From assembly GCA_002633005.1 (NCBI GenBank), contig NMRA01000008.1:440985-504984 (forward strand): a DNA stretch of 64,000 nt, given 5' to 3'. This DNA comes from Phoronis australis (Eukaryota; Animalia; Phoronida). The notes under the pieces are model-generated. The model was not told the origin of the DNA, searched no databases, and saw nothing but the letters and a program-made list of their open reading frames with translations. The position numbers and the translations under genes are program-made. How positions within the stretch are numbered: the stretch's first letter is position 1; each line of letters starts with the position of its first letter. Below, in pieces: positions 1 through 13,670 of this stretch.

Positions 1-574
1 GCACAGTAAAGTGACTTATTGTCACCGAGAAGTACAAAACGCAATAAATGCTGACTAGCTGCCAAAGTCTGAAACATTAAAGATGGCTGGTTGGTGATAC
101 GACGTATCCTTATGGAGTTGACTTGTGAACTGACAGCTGTTGGAATATCCCACACTGGGAATGGCAATAGCCAGGGTGAGGGGCGTGTGTTTCTTCTGAG
201 AAACGCTAGTGGGAATATGCCGCAAATTAGTGAACTCAGTTATTTTGCCGCATCAGTTATTGCTACTCATTGTAAGGTGACCAATGTGGTCAGGTGAGGC
301 ATTTTTATGCGCCCACATGTATATGTGTGGCCGCATGCCGTCACCCCCATCTGGCGTCCGGCCTCTGCTGCTCTATCTCCAAAACCCTTTTTGAAGGATG
401 TCCGTGAAATTTTGTACACTTGTTCCTATAGTGGATGGAAAATAAAAAATAATTGCAGTCGGTCTGGTACATGTTGTAGCAGATGTGCACAGGCCACTCT
501 GGTGGGCCTATTGCACTGATCACCTGGAACCAGTTTTGTGCTTTGTTAAAACTGAGCTGAGGAGATAGAGACCT

Positions 575-660
575 GACTTAAGGGTATAGCAGTGTGCCCT
601 AGTGAGACTCGAACTTACGACCTTATGTAAAGGGAGTGGACATTTATCCACAGAACTTGC
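575..660 (-). mobile_element. tRNA-derived SINE head remnant
   Basis: The minus strand reads AAGGTCGTAAGTTCGAGTCTCACTAGGG (B-box-like), but there is no full cloverleaf. Confidence 0.4.
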
Positions 661-1475
661 TCATGATGGTTGGAATTAATGAGCAAATTACCAGACGGGT
701 CCAACTTCTAGCCAGTGTGCCTCCTAGTGGCAATTTTAGGGTTTTTTTACGTTCGCTTCTTTGTCTTTGATGGATCTTTGTGAAATTTGGATGCATTTCA
801 ATGCTCCCCGTTGCTCTTGACTTGTTTATAATGATTTATTCGATATGTCTTGTACATTGGATCATGTTCAAAGGTGTTCAGTAGCAAGACAGTCCATGTG
901 TTTGCTCAATGAAAGTAAATTCGAAGATGAGGAAATGGCTATGGGCGGACTATGTCACTTTTGTTGATGTAATGCATGTATAGTTGGGAAGGGCCAGGCT
1001 TGGCCCTTTAAATTTTGTAGATCCTTGCTTTTTACCATTTGTGGTTAGTTTGAGGTTTCAGACTTTTCTCCGATTAATTTTGTTGTCTGAGAGTGGAAGA
1101 AGATGCGGTTTTGGGTATTTTTCGGACCCAGTTCAAAGGTCATGATTCGCAAAAAATTTGGTCTAATTTGAACTCTGTCTTATTTGGCAAACTTCAGTGT
1201 TGTTAAGTATCCCATTGGTGTTGACTGCATGTTTTGTTAATGTTGTTGTAATTCCTAGATTCTCCCAACCCAGGCTTTGTTGTTGTATTGGACGTCTCTT
1301 CTTCATTGACTGACACTAACTTGTAACAATATAAATTTTTGAAAAGACTGTACAATTATTATTGGGAAATCTTTTGCAACAGTGACAAAAAACTGTCATT
1401 GAGATTCAAACAATTCAAACGGACTGCATGCTTATATGTGATTCACACCAACCTGAATGTTCACTATTTCCAGTA

Positions 1476-1899
1476 CAGTACAAATGTAATCAGACAAAAT
1501 ATCGTGTTCCTATTATAAGGGTTAATTCTGTTAACAGCAAAAATTATTGGTAGTGACTATTTAGGCGATAAAATTCTCATTACGGACTGGCTTCAGTGTC
1601 GGATTTAGAGGGGGGCCAAGGAGACAATGGCCCCCCCAAAATTCTCCCAGATTACACTCCATGTGGCAGTTCAGGGGTGCAAATGTGTGACAGCCAGAAT
1701 CCTAGCTAATACTCTGCCCTGCCTTCCCCAACTCAAAATCCTGGATCCGCCCCTGGGCTTAATCACCTTTATAGTAACTTTCCCATTAATTCCCTTTCAT
1801 TCTCGGTCATCAGGGGAGACAACTCGGACGGTGAATTCTGCTTCTGCTTAGCCGTCATGACGGAGAATTACGGTTCATTTTGTCTGAATACTTGTACTG
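1476..1899. mobile_element. CAGTAC-ended MITE (TA flanks), family A, carrying a nested insertion
   Basis: TIRs CAGTACAA..GTAATCAGACAAAA / TTTTGTCTGAATACTTGTACTG. The interior (TAATTCTGTTAACAGC, CCCTTTCATTCTCGGTCATCAGGGGAGAC) is shared with the copies at 42315-42543 and 59220-59472. Confidence 0.75.
1594..1755. mobile_element. Short GC-rich MITE with 5-bp TSD nested in the family A copy
   Basis: Termini CAGTGTCGGATTTAG / CTGGATCCGCCCCTG flanked by GGCTT (1589-1593 and 1756-1760). The segment is absent from the other family A copies. Confidence 0.75.
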
Positions 1900-2273
1900 T
1901 ACAGGTCACTCGTGGCTACACTGTTTTGTTTTGTTTCGTTTCGTTTTTTGTTTTGTTTTGTTAGTCAGTTTGATCAATATTTTTGAAAGTGACACCATTT
2001 TGAAAATCAAACTGATTTGTGTTTGGTAATGTGAAGTGAGTTTTGATATAAATGACTGTGTTAATAATTGAAGTATGAAACGAAATTCAGATGATTGAGC
2101 GTGCAAAATGAACAAAGCATGTCTTCCATCTCGCATTAAAAATTGCGAATTTCATTGTAAAATTACAATTTCCTTTTGCTATCTTGAAATTTTTTATTCA
2201 CCATATGTGTATACATTCTTTGTGTCTGTGATCCAATTGTTTGACTCTGACTCATTTGTACTATTTTGTTCAG

Positions 2274-5200
2274 GGTCAGACGATGAAGAAAAAGATGATC
2301 TCCAGGAGGAAGAAATGATCGAGTCACCTTGTAGTATACCAGAGTCTAAGTGGGACAAAGTCAAATGGGTATCCTGTCTACCTCTTACTCTCACTCTGTA
2401 CATTTCCGTCCCCGACTGTCGAAAGAGACGCTGGCAGGCTTGGTATGCCGTGACCTTCACAATGTCGCTCATTTGGATAGGGGCGTATTCATACCTGCTT
2501 GTCTGGATGATAGCTATAATAGGTAAAGTGAAAATATTGATGGATTTATTAGAATTTTACCCGCATTGGATTTTTCAATAAGGAAGGTGTCTAGAAATTT
2601 ATGTTGGAATGAATTAACAATATTGATTGCGGTAGTGATCTAATGGATATACAATGTATTGTGGTTGTCCCAATTGATACCTGTGTTTGACTAAAACCAC
2701 TCCAGAATGTCTTAAAAATCACCCAGGTGTTTTGATATGTTCTCCTCATTTCAATAATCCCGACTTGAAGAAATTGGGACGACGTTCTGGAATTGAAGCA
2801 TTAACCAGGATGACTGTTGGCTTAATTCCGTGCCGACACTGGAGCTTAACAAATTGGAAAATATAATTCTCGAGGTGCATCGGCACTTCTGAAATGCAGC
2901 CCCATCATAGACCCGCGACCATTTTGTAAAAACACCTGCCTAGGTGGCGGTTGGTTTTGCTGTTAGCACACTCTCCCCTGTGGTGATGCCATCATCATGG
3001 TACTTAAATTCAAAATGTTAGTGCTGAGGACTCTGACCAGTTCAATAGCACTAGAGACAAAAATTTCCTCTGCAAAACATAGTGTGTGCTCTACAGACCT
3101 TTGTATTTATTAAAAGTTACTGAAAGGATTGTTTATTTTTTGTCAGGTGCAATTTTTTTCCTGTCCAGTATACAATATGTTGAAAAGGTTTGCTGAAGAT
3201 ATATGGTGCCAATGTTTTTCAACAAAAACGAGCGTTTCGAAAACTTTAAATCACTGTCAGCATGTTATATTCTACCTATTCACAATTGTCATCAAACAGT
3301 CTGTGGTAAAGTATTGGCCATTTGCCACATCTAGCCATCTTTGTGAAATGAATGATGTCTGGATTAGTTTCAACTTTTGGGTGAAATAAATGAAGGATAC
3401 TAGTATCTGCTGCTATTTCTTACTTTGTTAATTCTCAAAGTCAAAATGTTTCGTGTTTAAACTCTGACGGATGTTGTTTTAGTCTTCTTAAGCAAAGCAA
3501 ACTTGGATGTAGGTATTTTACCAATCTAGAATGAGAAATACCCGGTAATTCCTTTTATTGATTTCTGTTCCAGGCAACACCTTTGGTATTCCAGACACAG
3601 TGATGGGATTAACATTCCTTTCAGCAGGAGTCAGTGTACCCGACGCAATAGCCAGTTTCTTGGTTGTAAAAGATGGTTTGTTCTCATACTATTTTCAAAT
3701 TGGTATAATTAGCTTGAAATGTCTGTGCTTTTAAGTTGACCACTAGCGTCAAATTGGAGGACTATTAAGATTATTAATGCTTAGTTTTTTAGATGTCATC
3801 CTGTTAAAGTTGCTATAAATCTGAATTTTGTCTACGAAACTAATGTTTGGCTTTGACTATTTACCGCTATATAAACTGGTCTCAACTTGTGCCTCACGGT
3901 TACGTATTCTTGAGAAATGTCCAAATCACAACATCATATCTCAACATCATATCATGACATCACATCTCGACATCATATCTCAACATCATATCTCATCATC
4001 ATATCTCAACATCATATCTCAACATCATATCTCAACATCATATCTCAACAATGGCCGATCAGTTTTAAAGGATTTTTCAGATGCTATGCTTTATGCGCTG
4101 TTCTTCAAAATACTTTAGGAATTGTTTTCAAAATTTTCCTCTTTTCCGTCAGTGCCTATCAAGAACTGAGACTATGTTTTTTGATGAAAACACTCGCATG
4201 TTTCTTAAAACAAATGCGAAATGGTAATAGTATTTTTGAGATTTCCTCCAGAATCTTTATATCTTATAAACTTCGGTCATGTTATTGATATCTATGTATT
4301 GCTATGAAATGTACTTTTCTTTTTCGCTAAATAAACATGGTCACGTAACCCAGTTAATGGCAGATTGATAAATTAAGTTAAAAACTAAGGCTTTAAACTT
4401 TCGAAAAATGTATATTTTTACCAAGTTTAAATCGTTAAAAAGTCTAGTCTAGAGTTTATGGATGATTGGCTAAATACGCCAAATGAATGATAAGTTCCAA
4501 CGTGACCTTATTCGTTGAGAAGCGTTTTCTGTGACTGGATGTACAGACAGCTGGTTATTGCCCATTTAATGCAGATGACCTGCATAAAACAAGTTTTTGG
4601 GTCAACATGAAGATCTTGATCACCATTATTTGCCAAATGTAATATTTAATATCGTTAATTTTTGATTAGGTGAGACTTTGTAATAGGCTTTATAGTACAC
4701 TAATTCTTCACTTAATTGCACAAAATAAATTAATTATATACTGAATGTACAGATGCCATAGTGAGAAATTAACTTTAAACATCACCAACTGCTTGGCCTG
4801 TGTGTGAGTTTGAGATGTGGCCTACAGTTTGCCAATGGGGATCAGTTGTTAAGAACAGTAATTAAGTTACTTTATTGTGTTCCAATATAAGACTACTTTA
4901 CTCTGTCCTTGGTGAAACGCCCTTTTGAGCGTATAAAGAGTGATAGGACACTCGTCCAGGTTTCTCATTTCAACACTTGTAGACAACAGCAAGAAACATG
5001 ATTAGATGAATTTAGTTGTGAATTATAGACTGTTCAGATCTCACGAACATATTAATTACAAAGGTGTCTATGACTAGAATTGATGAGAGGCATTGACATT
5101 TTCCGCAGTGCAAAACTGACTGCAAGAAATTCTTGCCAAGTGGCCTGGTGCAAAATATGTGAGGGACAAAAGTTTTTAATTTTTGAAAATATTTTTAGTG

Positions 5201-8200
5201 TGCAAAATATTGTGAGTGACTGCATAATTAGCGAAGATTCACTAAATTTGCACGATATGGAGATTATCGATCTTGCAGCTGAAACAACGAAATTTTGGGA
5301 TTGTCTTTTAGTGGGATAGACATCTTGAGGTGAAATAATTAGTTTGGACCAAAACTATAAAACACCAAAATCTGTTGTGTTTTTGTGATTTTATTGGAAT
5401 TCTCCAATTCTCGCCATTGTCTGAAACTAAGTCCAGTACCTTTACCATTTATGCTTAAAATATTCTGCTATAATTATTGTTTAACACTTGGCATTTGGCA
5501 GAGTGGTACAACTGCGCTTAGTGGGTTGTATTCCATGCTACTGTTAATTGCTGCAAAAATTACTTTTCTTGTCAAGAATTTCCAATTAGGTGGTCTCCCC
5601 TGAAGGCCCCATAGGAGACGAGGATAGCATAGTTGCTTGGGCTGACATCCAGGGCATGTTGCGAAACTCAAAAATGCAGGCTGGGCAGTATGCCAAGACC
5701 AATAGAAGATGTGCATTCAGAAATGAAATTGTTGAAAATGCAGGTATTGGCATGAACGTAACATGAACAATACCTGGTGGACATGGCACAGTAAAACTTG
5801 CATCAGTCAGGTCTTGGTGCAACTTGGCCAAATTCCTTGAAACAATGGTTGTAGCTGATACATTTGGCCCTTCATGCAAGTTGGTTTTTGCTTTACTCGA
5901 TTAAAATCTCGGCGTGGTTGGATTCGACGTATCCTAGGGTCTGTTTCATGAAAAGTTAATTTAGTCAGAAAATTAATTTGATCGTACTCATAGCTATTTC
6001 AGAAATATAATTAAATCTCGCTTTAGCAAGAATGCAAAGTCTCTGCGAATGTACTCATAACTGCTAGTTACTAAATTATTTCTAGACTGAAATGCACTCA
6101 TAATTACTCACTGTTTTTCAGTAATTGTGTAGTGGAAGTGGGAGACCAATTTTCTGTCTAAGTCTTATGTTAATTTTATGACACATATCCCTAGGTTTTA
6201 CGGTAATATTATTATTATGACTCCAGATGGAAGTCAGACTGTGCTATTGTATGAAGAACTGGAAATTACGGTAAAAACTCACCAATTTAGGACACAGCAT
6301 GACAGACAAATGAAATTTTATAATATAAGAAGTACCGAAATAATTAACCCATCATTGTGGACATTCACAAAATGTTGGGAGCTTTAGAAAATAGAAAAAA
6401 TGATAAAATTTAGCAATTATTTTCGTCTGAAATTGGTGAAATTTTGCCGTAAGTCATGTGTTTATTGAGACTTAGGTAACGGTCAGATATAACTTACCCG
6501 AATTTTGAGAACCAGTTTTCTCCACTGAATAACAGGCATCAAACTGGTTCTCAAAATACGGGCACGTTATACCCGACTATTGTCAATACTTGTTATAAAG
6601 TGATTTAACTAAATTTCACCTAACACTGCTCACAATAATTGTAGATCCTTTATTTGACAGGATATGGAGACATGGCTGTATCCAATGCTATAGGAAGCAA
6701 TGTATTCGACATTCTCCTTTGCCTCGGTCTACCGTGGTTCATTAGTTGTATCTACAACTCACGCTCTGTGGTAGTCTACAGTGGCGGTAGGTCTTACCTC
6801 CCATCAGTACACTATCCAATTTCATAATATTCTCTGTTTTCCATATTTAATGCAATATGCTGCCTTTGTTTCATTCAATTTCATAATGTTCTCTGGTTTC
6901 CTTGTTTAAGGCAACGTAGTACCTTTTTTCCAAGGATCAAGTTTCTTAAATAACTTTTTATGTATTATATGCAGACCCATGAAACTGTATTTTTGATATC
7001 CTATGTGACGACAGAATCTTATTATCTGCACAAATATATTTTTTGATGTTTGTTGTGACTACGTTGTTGCTTACGAAATCTATATTTTTCTCGGAAATCA
7101 CTGGAATTTCCACGGAACTTACAAATTTGTTATCTTTGTTGTAGTAGCTAATTAAGTGTTCCGATTTTGTTGAAAGAATATTTAGCTCGAGAACTCCATC
7201 GTCAAAAATAATAACGTCAGCATTTCTTAGCTATCGGTCTAATAGGTCTTCAACAAATATCCTTTCGCGCAGTAGCAGATGTCATAAAAACAGAATTTGC
7301 AAGTTTCTTGCAAAAAATGTGATTAAGAGCATACAGTTATTGCTTTATTATAGATAATAACATTCTGTGATTTTCAAGGAATTGTTTTATAGGTTTATTA
7401 TTAATGTTTGAAGTTATTCAAGAAATACGAAAAGTAGAATATTTCCCTACATTATCTTTCTCACAAAACAGTGCCACGTTTTTTCTGAAGTGAGTCAGAT
7501 ATTAGTAAATGTTTTATGTTTTTATTAATGACTATTGCCAAGTGAAATTGAATGCCTGAACTTGTGCTCTGGGAGTTAGCCAAAATCTCAGCTCGCATTT
7601 CCAAATTTCAACTCAATAGGTCAAACCCTGGCCGTCCATTAGTGAGGCCCTTGTTGTTAGCCTTAAGGATTATACGCAACTCGTCTTGAATTAAGCGTCT
7701 GCTGAGGCGTATGATTTAAATAGATTATTCGTTCAGAATGCAGTAGCGTTGATGAATTTCATGAAATTATCAAATTATTTGTGTCATTTCCTGATTTTTC
7801 ATTAGTGAGGTCCTTGAGCTTTAAACGTCATTCACAACTTTGTGTCCAGTATTCGCCTCCTAAGGTGGATAAGTGGCAAGAGCAGAAGACTCGTTTCATT
7901 TCTCATTCGAGCATTTGCGCTTACGTGTTGTTGAAAATAGTTGATTACGTAGTTGTTCTAAACAAATCATTGAATAAGGTGTCGGGCGTTTTAACGCCTT
8001 TGCTTGTTCACCTGCTGACTTTGGGGATAAATTCAAACATAATCGCAGACAAACATTAGACCGTCACGTAGTTTGGACAGCTTATCGGATTTTTACTTAT
8101 GAAAGTCCAAATCCTTCCAAAATTGTAGCCGACAAATTGTTTAGAGATGAATTCAGTCTATTTTAGAAAATACATTTAATTTGGTTTCCCGAAAGTGAGA

Positions 8201-11200
8201 AAAGAAAATCTTGTAGTATTCATGTGTGTTTGAAATTTGAGAGTATAACCCAGTCATGTCCTGCATCATGTGTGCATTACGAAATAGACGGCCAATATAG
8301 TTCAACAGTTGACAAGACTATGTATAGTAAAAGCTGGAATTTTGATGATCACTGTCAAGGAGTGATTTTTACATCGTGTCATAATTTCGCTACCATGATT
8401 TATACTAGAGAGATTCCTTGTATATTTGCTGTGAAAGAAACAACGGATGAGTACTAAGGTCACGGGACGTGTTCTGCTGTGCTAGCACTGAACTCAAGAA
8501 TGAATTATTTTATTCACATGGAATTTGCATCATGTTTAGACTTGTTGAAAGACCTGCAAGGGAGAGTATTCATGTGTAGGAGTTCCAATGACAAAAAGTC
8601 TGCGCGATTTTTCGCTTTTATGCGTGCATATGTATTAAGTAGATGAGTAGTTTGACCAACGTTCAGGCATTAATTATCGCAACAGCTATTTTCACGCTTC
8701 ACTCACTGAAACTATGTTGGGTTAATGACCTTCTCAGACAAAATAGACAAGAAGGAATTTAAAACAATAATCAGTGTTCAGATTCAGCGGAAAATCTTTT
8801 AATAGAGAATTGTTCCTAAGTCACAAGGAAAGAAGTTAAATTTATTGCTGCAATATTTCACCTTTACCAATTCGACGAGAAGATAATTCAACCCTGTTTT
8901 AAAAACCACTCTAGCTGTATCATAGACCACCATTCCTGTTTACCCTCATTGTTAATGTAAAGAACACCCTTTTCTAGTGCAGTCCAACTCAGTTATGTAT
9001 AAAGAACCACAGGGTCGAGGTGATGAATCATCAGTCGAGCTGTGGAAACCATACATTCTAGTGGTCTTAAACAAAAACCTTATCTTGCAAACACTATGAC
9101 CCCCACGCAAACCAGCATTTTGTGTACTCAATTAACAAAGAAGCACCTAAATTTGTTAGTGCCACTTAGCGGTATGTTAATTTAATGTACAGGTGTACGC
9201 CCACGTTGTGAATGCATCTTGGTGTCATCTCTTCCTGGGCATCCAGCATCGGCTGATGTATTGGCTAAACCATTTGTAGTGCCTCTATGGGATTTGACTG
9301 ATGTGTGCCTATGCAGGTGACGACAGATAACCACGAGTTTCAGACCAATCTGACTACCATTGTGCCCCCTAGTGGCACTAAGTTTTTATATTTGCCTCTG
9401 TATCTTGAGAGTTCCAAGATGGATTTTCACAAAATTTGGCAAATAGGTTTCTTTTAGCAAAAAAGAATCCTACGTTGACTCCGTCACCAGTTGAGATTGG
9501 GCAACTCGACCAGTTTGCGTACCTCAAAATCTGCCACACTGGTCAAAGACACCACGGTTTTGTAGTTAGTTACATCTCCTTAGGCTGCTGATGTTATCAT
9601 TCTTTAAATAATCAGACCAGCATTAACACACTTAGGGTGACAATAGTATATTTTAAATTTTCCTTTAAATTAGTGAAAAGTACATTTGATTAATGTTTTT
9701 GAATTTTGAAAATCGTACAAGAAATCTGACTTTTGCAGCCTAAAGCATTTGAACAGTGTTGCCAGTATTCTGCTTCTCATTAATTCTGATGGGTGTGTAG
9801 CATAGCGGAGGGCCGTAGGAAGCAGGGAAGGCGGGGGGGGGGGNGCACGTGCCTTTCCAATAATTTTCAAGTTTCAAGGTTAAACCCTGGCAACGCCCTT
9901 AGGCGTATTGCCGGGGAATGTCGAGAAAAGATAAACAGCGAAACAAGGAGAAAAGAGAAAATTCAGGAGAACATTTGTCAAATATGAGTGCTTGGTTTAT
10001 TCTTCAAGGTCCCTGGTCATGTTAGGGAGCCCTCATTTTTGCAGCTATTATTGTACACTTAATCATTCATACATGTATTTCAGAAGTCTTGAAAATTTGT
10101 AAAGCACAGCTTTTGCAGAGTTTATTAATTCACTGGTGGAGTCTCTGGTACATTGCTTTAGCTGTTTCGAAATCCCTTGAGTATCAGATTCTCTGCCCGT
10201 ACTTACTTACTATCATCCCCTCCCCAAATAGTAAAATAATCAAGACCATCTTTGCTATCTGAATTAACTCTTAAAAGAATTGATGAATTTTGGAGATTTT
10301 TATAGGATGTCTCAAAAGTGTCTCACAATTCAAATAACAATTGTTTATTGACTTGGGAACAAGGTTAGTGGTTTAGTCTTTATATCAAGTTAAACGCATT
10401 GCTCATTAACTTCGGAAGATTAATTGTCTTTGTATGTCTTTGATGTTTTTTTGTTATATTGCGCAATAAATTTTCGTTCTCCAGGCAACTAAACTGAGTC
10501 ATTTGTTTGCCTTCATAGCACGTGATTGCTCATGGACGGACTTTGAAAAAAGTATAAACCATGCAGTCAGTACTGGCAAAGAATCTGATACACAGGAACT
10601 GAATTTGATACACAGGAGCTGAATTTGATACACAGGAACTGAATATGATATACAGGAAATGAATTTGAACTGCTGGCGTTGTACTAAAATACGAGTACAT
10701 TGTTTGGGATACTCTGTGAATCATATGTATTCCTGATACTCTGTGAATCATATGTATCCCTGATACTCTGTGAATCATATGTATTCCTGATACTCTGTGA
10801 ATCATATGTATTCCTGATACTCTGTGAATCATTATGTATTCCTAATTCTCTGTGAATCATATGTATTCCTGATACCCTGTGTATCACTATGTTCACAGCC
10901 ACAAGAAAATGTGCTACCCGTGTTTCAACAAGGGATTTCGAAACAGCTAAAGCAATGTACCAGAGACTCCAGAACCCTACCCTTTCAAAATTTATCCAGC
11001 CTAAATCATAACTCTAAACTGATTTTCTCCAAACTGGACCATACCTTAAGGCCAGTGCACATGGATTAAGTACGAGCTGAGCCACCTGTCTCAAATGAAT
11101 CATTTGATCTGACAGGCGGGTAGCCTAGAGTATATTTATAAGTAAAATCAACTTACTCAGAGACTGGAGATTTAAGAGTTCTCCAGTCTCTGAGTAAGTT

Positions 11201-12880
11201 GATTTTACTAATAAACACACCTTCACGGAGACTATGAAAAACCTTTTTTCAATTAGCCTAGAATAGTTCATCCAATTCGTATTTTCACACCTTCAGTACA
11301 CTTGAGACAGACAGTTCAACTCTCAGCTACGCATCTGCGCTGGCCAGCTTCATTCTCACTCTCCGTGAAATTTTGTCAGTTACTCAACTTGATGGCTGCC
11401 TCTCGGGGGTTTGCCTTCCATGTCGGGCAATGGGGGGCGAAATTGGTGACATGCGGGTTATGGCGTGGGGTGGCGATAGGCGCAAAATTTTGGCGATATC
11501 AAATTGGTTTTGCCCCCAATTATATTTACCTTCCTACTGCCTGTAGTGGGGCCAGTTTCCAAACCAACAGGCGGCAGTTGGATTTTGAGTGAAGCCAAGT
11601 GTCAGCGTACAATTCTTGGCATGAAAGAGACAACGATGCTTACACATTTTCAGGTCATACTGTGGTGCCCCCTGGTGGCAATTTTGTTATATTTTTGCAT
11701 CCACAGCTGTACCTCCTCAACCCCTTGCGTGATCTTTGTTTAATTCGACAAGTGTATTCCTATGTTTGTGGCTACAGGTGACAACTTTTGACCGTATCTG
11801 ACCACCGCTGCGCCTCGTAGTGAGATTCATTAATTTTTTGAAATAGTTATGTGGAGCATAAGACCAAATGTCCGACTTAAGTCTTAAGCCACTTTTCACT
11901 CCAGGGGCCTGTTCTTAGATTGAAATTGGACTCACTTAGATCACTGCCTCAGCACAGTTTCATGAAATTTCTTAGGAACGGAAATGAAGACTGTCAAATG
12001 GGTCCAAGCTAGGACCGGAAGTTAGCCAGCTACGGAGTTTACTTAAGATTGGACATTTGGTTTAAATGACCAAAATTTAGGACTGTTACCAATGTAAACG
12101 GAGGAACAATCGTTAATATTTTTTTGCAATTTAATGCCCCTAAACAATCAATATCAAATTGACGATTGTGTGCTTTCAATTTGAGAATGGGCATCAAAGG
12201 CCACCGAGACAATGTGTTGTAACTTACCGACTCGTGAAATGATATGTTCCAGCTGTACCAGGGTTTCCTCCAGCAAACGAGATCCCAGTTATGTACAAAA
12301 TGTAAATAAAGCCCATTTAGAGACGAGGGTTATCCTTGAAACATTATTCACAAACTGCCTTGTTTAGTTAGATGAATTTGTGTCAGGTGTCAAAATCATA
12401 ATTTGTATGCTAATCTATGTCAAAAACCTTAATTTCTGTCTAAGTTAAGACCAAAGACCAAAATCTAACTTTGTGTTCATGAAACCATCTCTTCTGGATT
12501 TTTCGGTCTTAGTCTGAATTTCGGTCTCAGCTTGGAAAAATTTTAAGTCTTAAATCTGTTTTCATGAAACGATCAGCCTCTGGTCTAGAATAGGACGGTA
12601 TGAGTTCTTAATTCCTCCATTGTTGTTTCAGGTCTAGAGTGAAAGTCATTTTTTCTGCCAACTTCATTTCTCCGTTGTTTTTCCAGGTCTAGAGTATGCA
12701 GCCATAACTCTCCTCACCACAGTCTTTCTACTGTTCATCATCACTCACATTAATGGATGGCGTCTGACGAAGAAGTACGGTGTCATCTTACTCACGCTCT
12801 ATGTGATATTAATGGTGCTGGCGACCCTTTATCAGCTCAACGTCTTTGGTGAATTCAACCTGCCAGACTGTCCAGTATGA
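2274..12880 (+). CDS. SLC24A: K+-dependent Na+/Ca2+ exchanger (SLC24/NCKX family), 3' part; exons 2274-2522, 3574-3675, 6661-6786, 12687-12880 (upstream exons lie outside the window)
   Basis: All four exons have AG/GT flanks and join in phase 1. The product reads ...[100 protein letters not shown]...-LEYAAITLL...NGWRLTKKYGVILL...NVFGEFNLPDCPV*. This is the NCKX alpha-2 repeat signature. The paralog (NCKX3/4/5-like) cannot be resolved. Confidence 0.95.
3930..4049. repeat. 13-bp minisatellite (TCAACATCATATC)n, ~9 copies
   Basis: Direct tandem repetition is visible; it explains the spurious ISQHH ORFs. Confidence 0.9.
4060..4480 (+). repeat. Old dispersed repeat (family D); homologous copies near 40640-41010 and 61750-62110
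   Basis: Shared blocks TTAGGAAYTGTT..AAAATTTTCC, CTATCAARAA, TTTTGAGAT, GTYATGKTATTGATA and ACATGGTCACGTRACCCA. Confidence 0.6.
6475..6582. repeat. Palindromic ~110-bp dispersed element (family C); further copies near 15373-15482, 41950-42043, 52615-52710, 55585-55700, 56449-56541
   Basis: Core TTTTGAGAACCAGTTT-(TCTCCACTGAATAACRGGCATC)-AAACTGGTTCTCAAAA. The outer arms resemble GGTAAYRGTC...GACYATTGCC. Confidence 0.8.
10583..10880. repeat. Two adjacent minisatellites: 20-bp (GAATTTGATACACAGGAACT, ~4-5x) and 27-bp (GATACTCTGTGAATCATATGTATTCCT, ~6x)
   Basis: Direct tandem repetition. Confidence 0.9.
11141..11209. repeat. Perfect 30-bp inverted repeat with 9-nt loop
   Basis: AGTAAAATCAACTTACTCAGAGACTGGAGA (11141-11170) and its exact reverse complement (11180-11209). 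Confidence 0.95.
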
Positions 12881-13299
12881 CGAAACTTACACCAGTGACG
12901 AGATTAGCCATTCCTCACTACTGGCAGGTTTTCACGTGATGGTCTACGGTTTCTAGTTATTAAGACAAGTTGAAGCTCAATTTACTAACATTCTTCATAG
13001 TGGGGACTAGTTTTTGGTGAATTAGCGCTGCAAACATCTATGTTTTTATCATGTGTGTGTGTATTTATGTATATATATTCACATACGGGCTCATGCACCT
13101 GCATTTGAAGAATTATTGTTAGCACTAACGTTCTGCATACAATAGTGCACGAGTACACGCCAAGTTCGGTGACGTAGAAGCCTATGGGCAGTTGATGCAG
13201 TGAATATACAAGCCAAGGTTTATCTGTGCGACTATAGTGCTATCTTAAGGTTCATAATCAAGGGTCAAACTTAAGGAAAAGTCTCAGGTCAAATTCATT

Positions 13300-13670
13300 T
13301 GGTTTTCTGTGTATAATAACTCTTACTTTGTATTCATTGTAATGGCGGTCTCGGAGCAAATCCATCTGGTTTTTTAGTATGTTACAGAATGGCAGTTTCA
13401 GAGCACATTCATTTTTGTACATTATACACTTAGGTTGTCTTTAGTACAATGGCAGACTCAGAGCAAGTTCATCTGGTTTTCTCTATATTACGGAATGGTA
13501 GTCATAGAGTAAATTCATCTAGGTTTCTGTATGTTGTACATTCTTATGTTGTATTTATTATTAATGGCAAAGTTTGGGAACAAATTCCTCTGGTTTTCTG
13601 TATATTATACACTTAAGTTGTACTCATTTTAATGGCAGTCTCGCAGCAAATTCATCTGGTTTTCAGTATG
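13300..13670. repeat. Degenerate 45-70-bp tandem repeat in the NCKX 3' region
   Basis: The recurrent unit AATGGCAGTCTCAGAGCAAATTCATCTGGTTTTC occurs about six times. Confidence 0.7.

Noticed and set aside
575-660. tRNA gene
   Set aside because: Only a B-box-like arm is present with no acceptor-stem pairing; better explained as a SINE remnant.
9361-9376. GCCCCCTAGTGG CTCF-like motifs (also near 719 and 11667)
   Set aside because: They sit within fragments of a common dispersed repeat, so insulator function cannot be supported from sequence alone.
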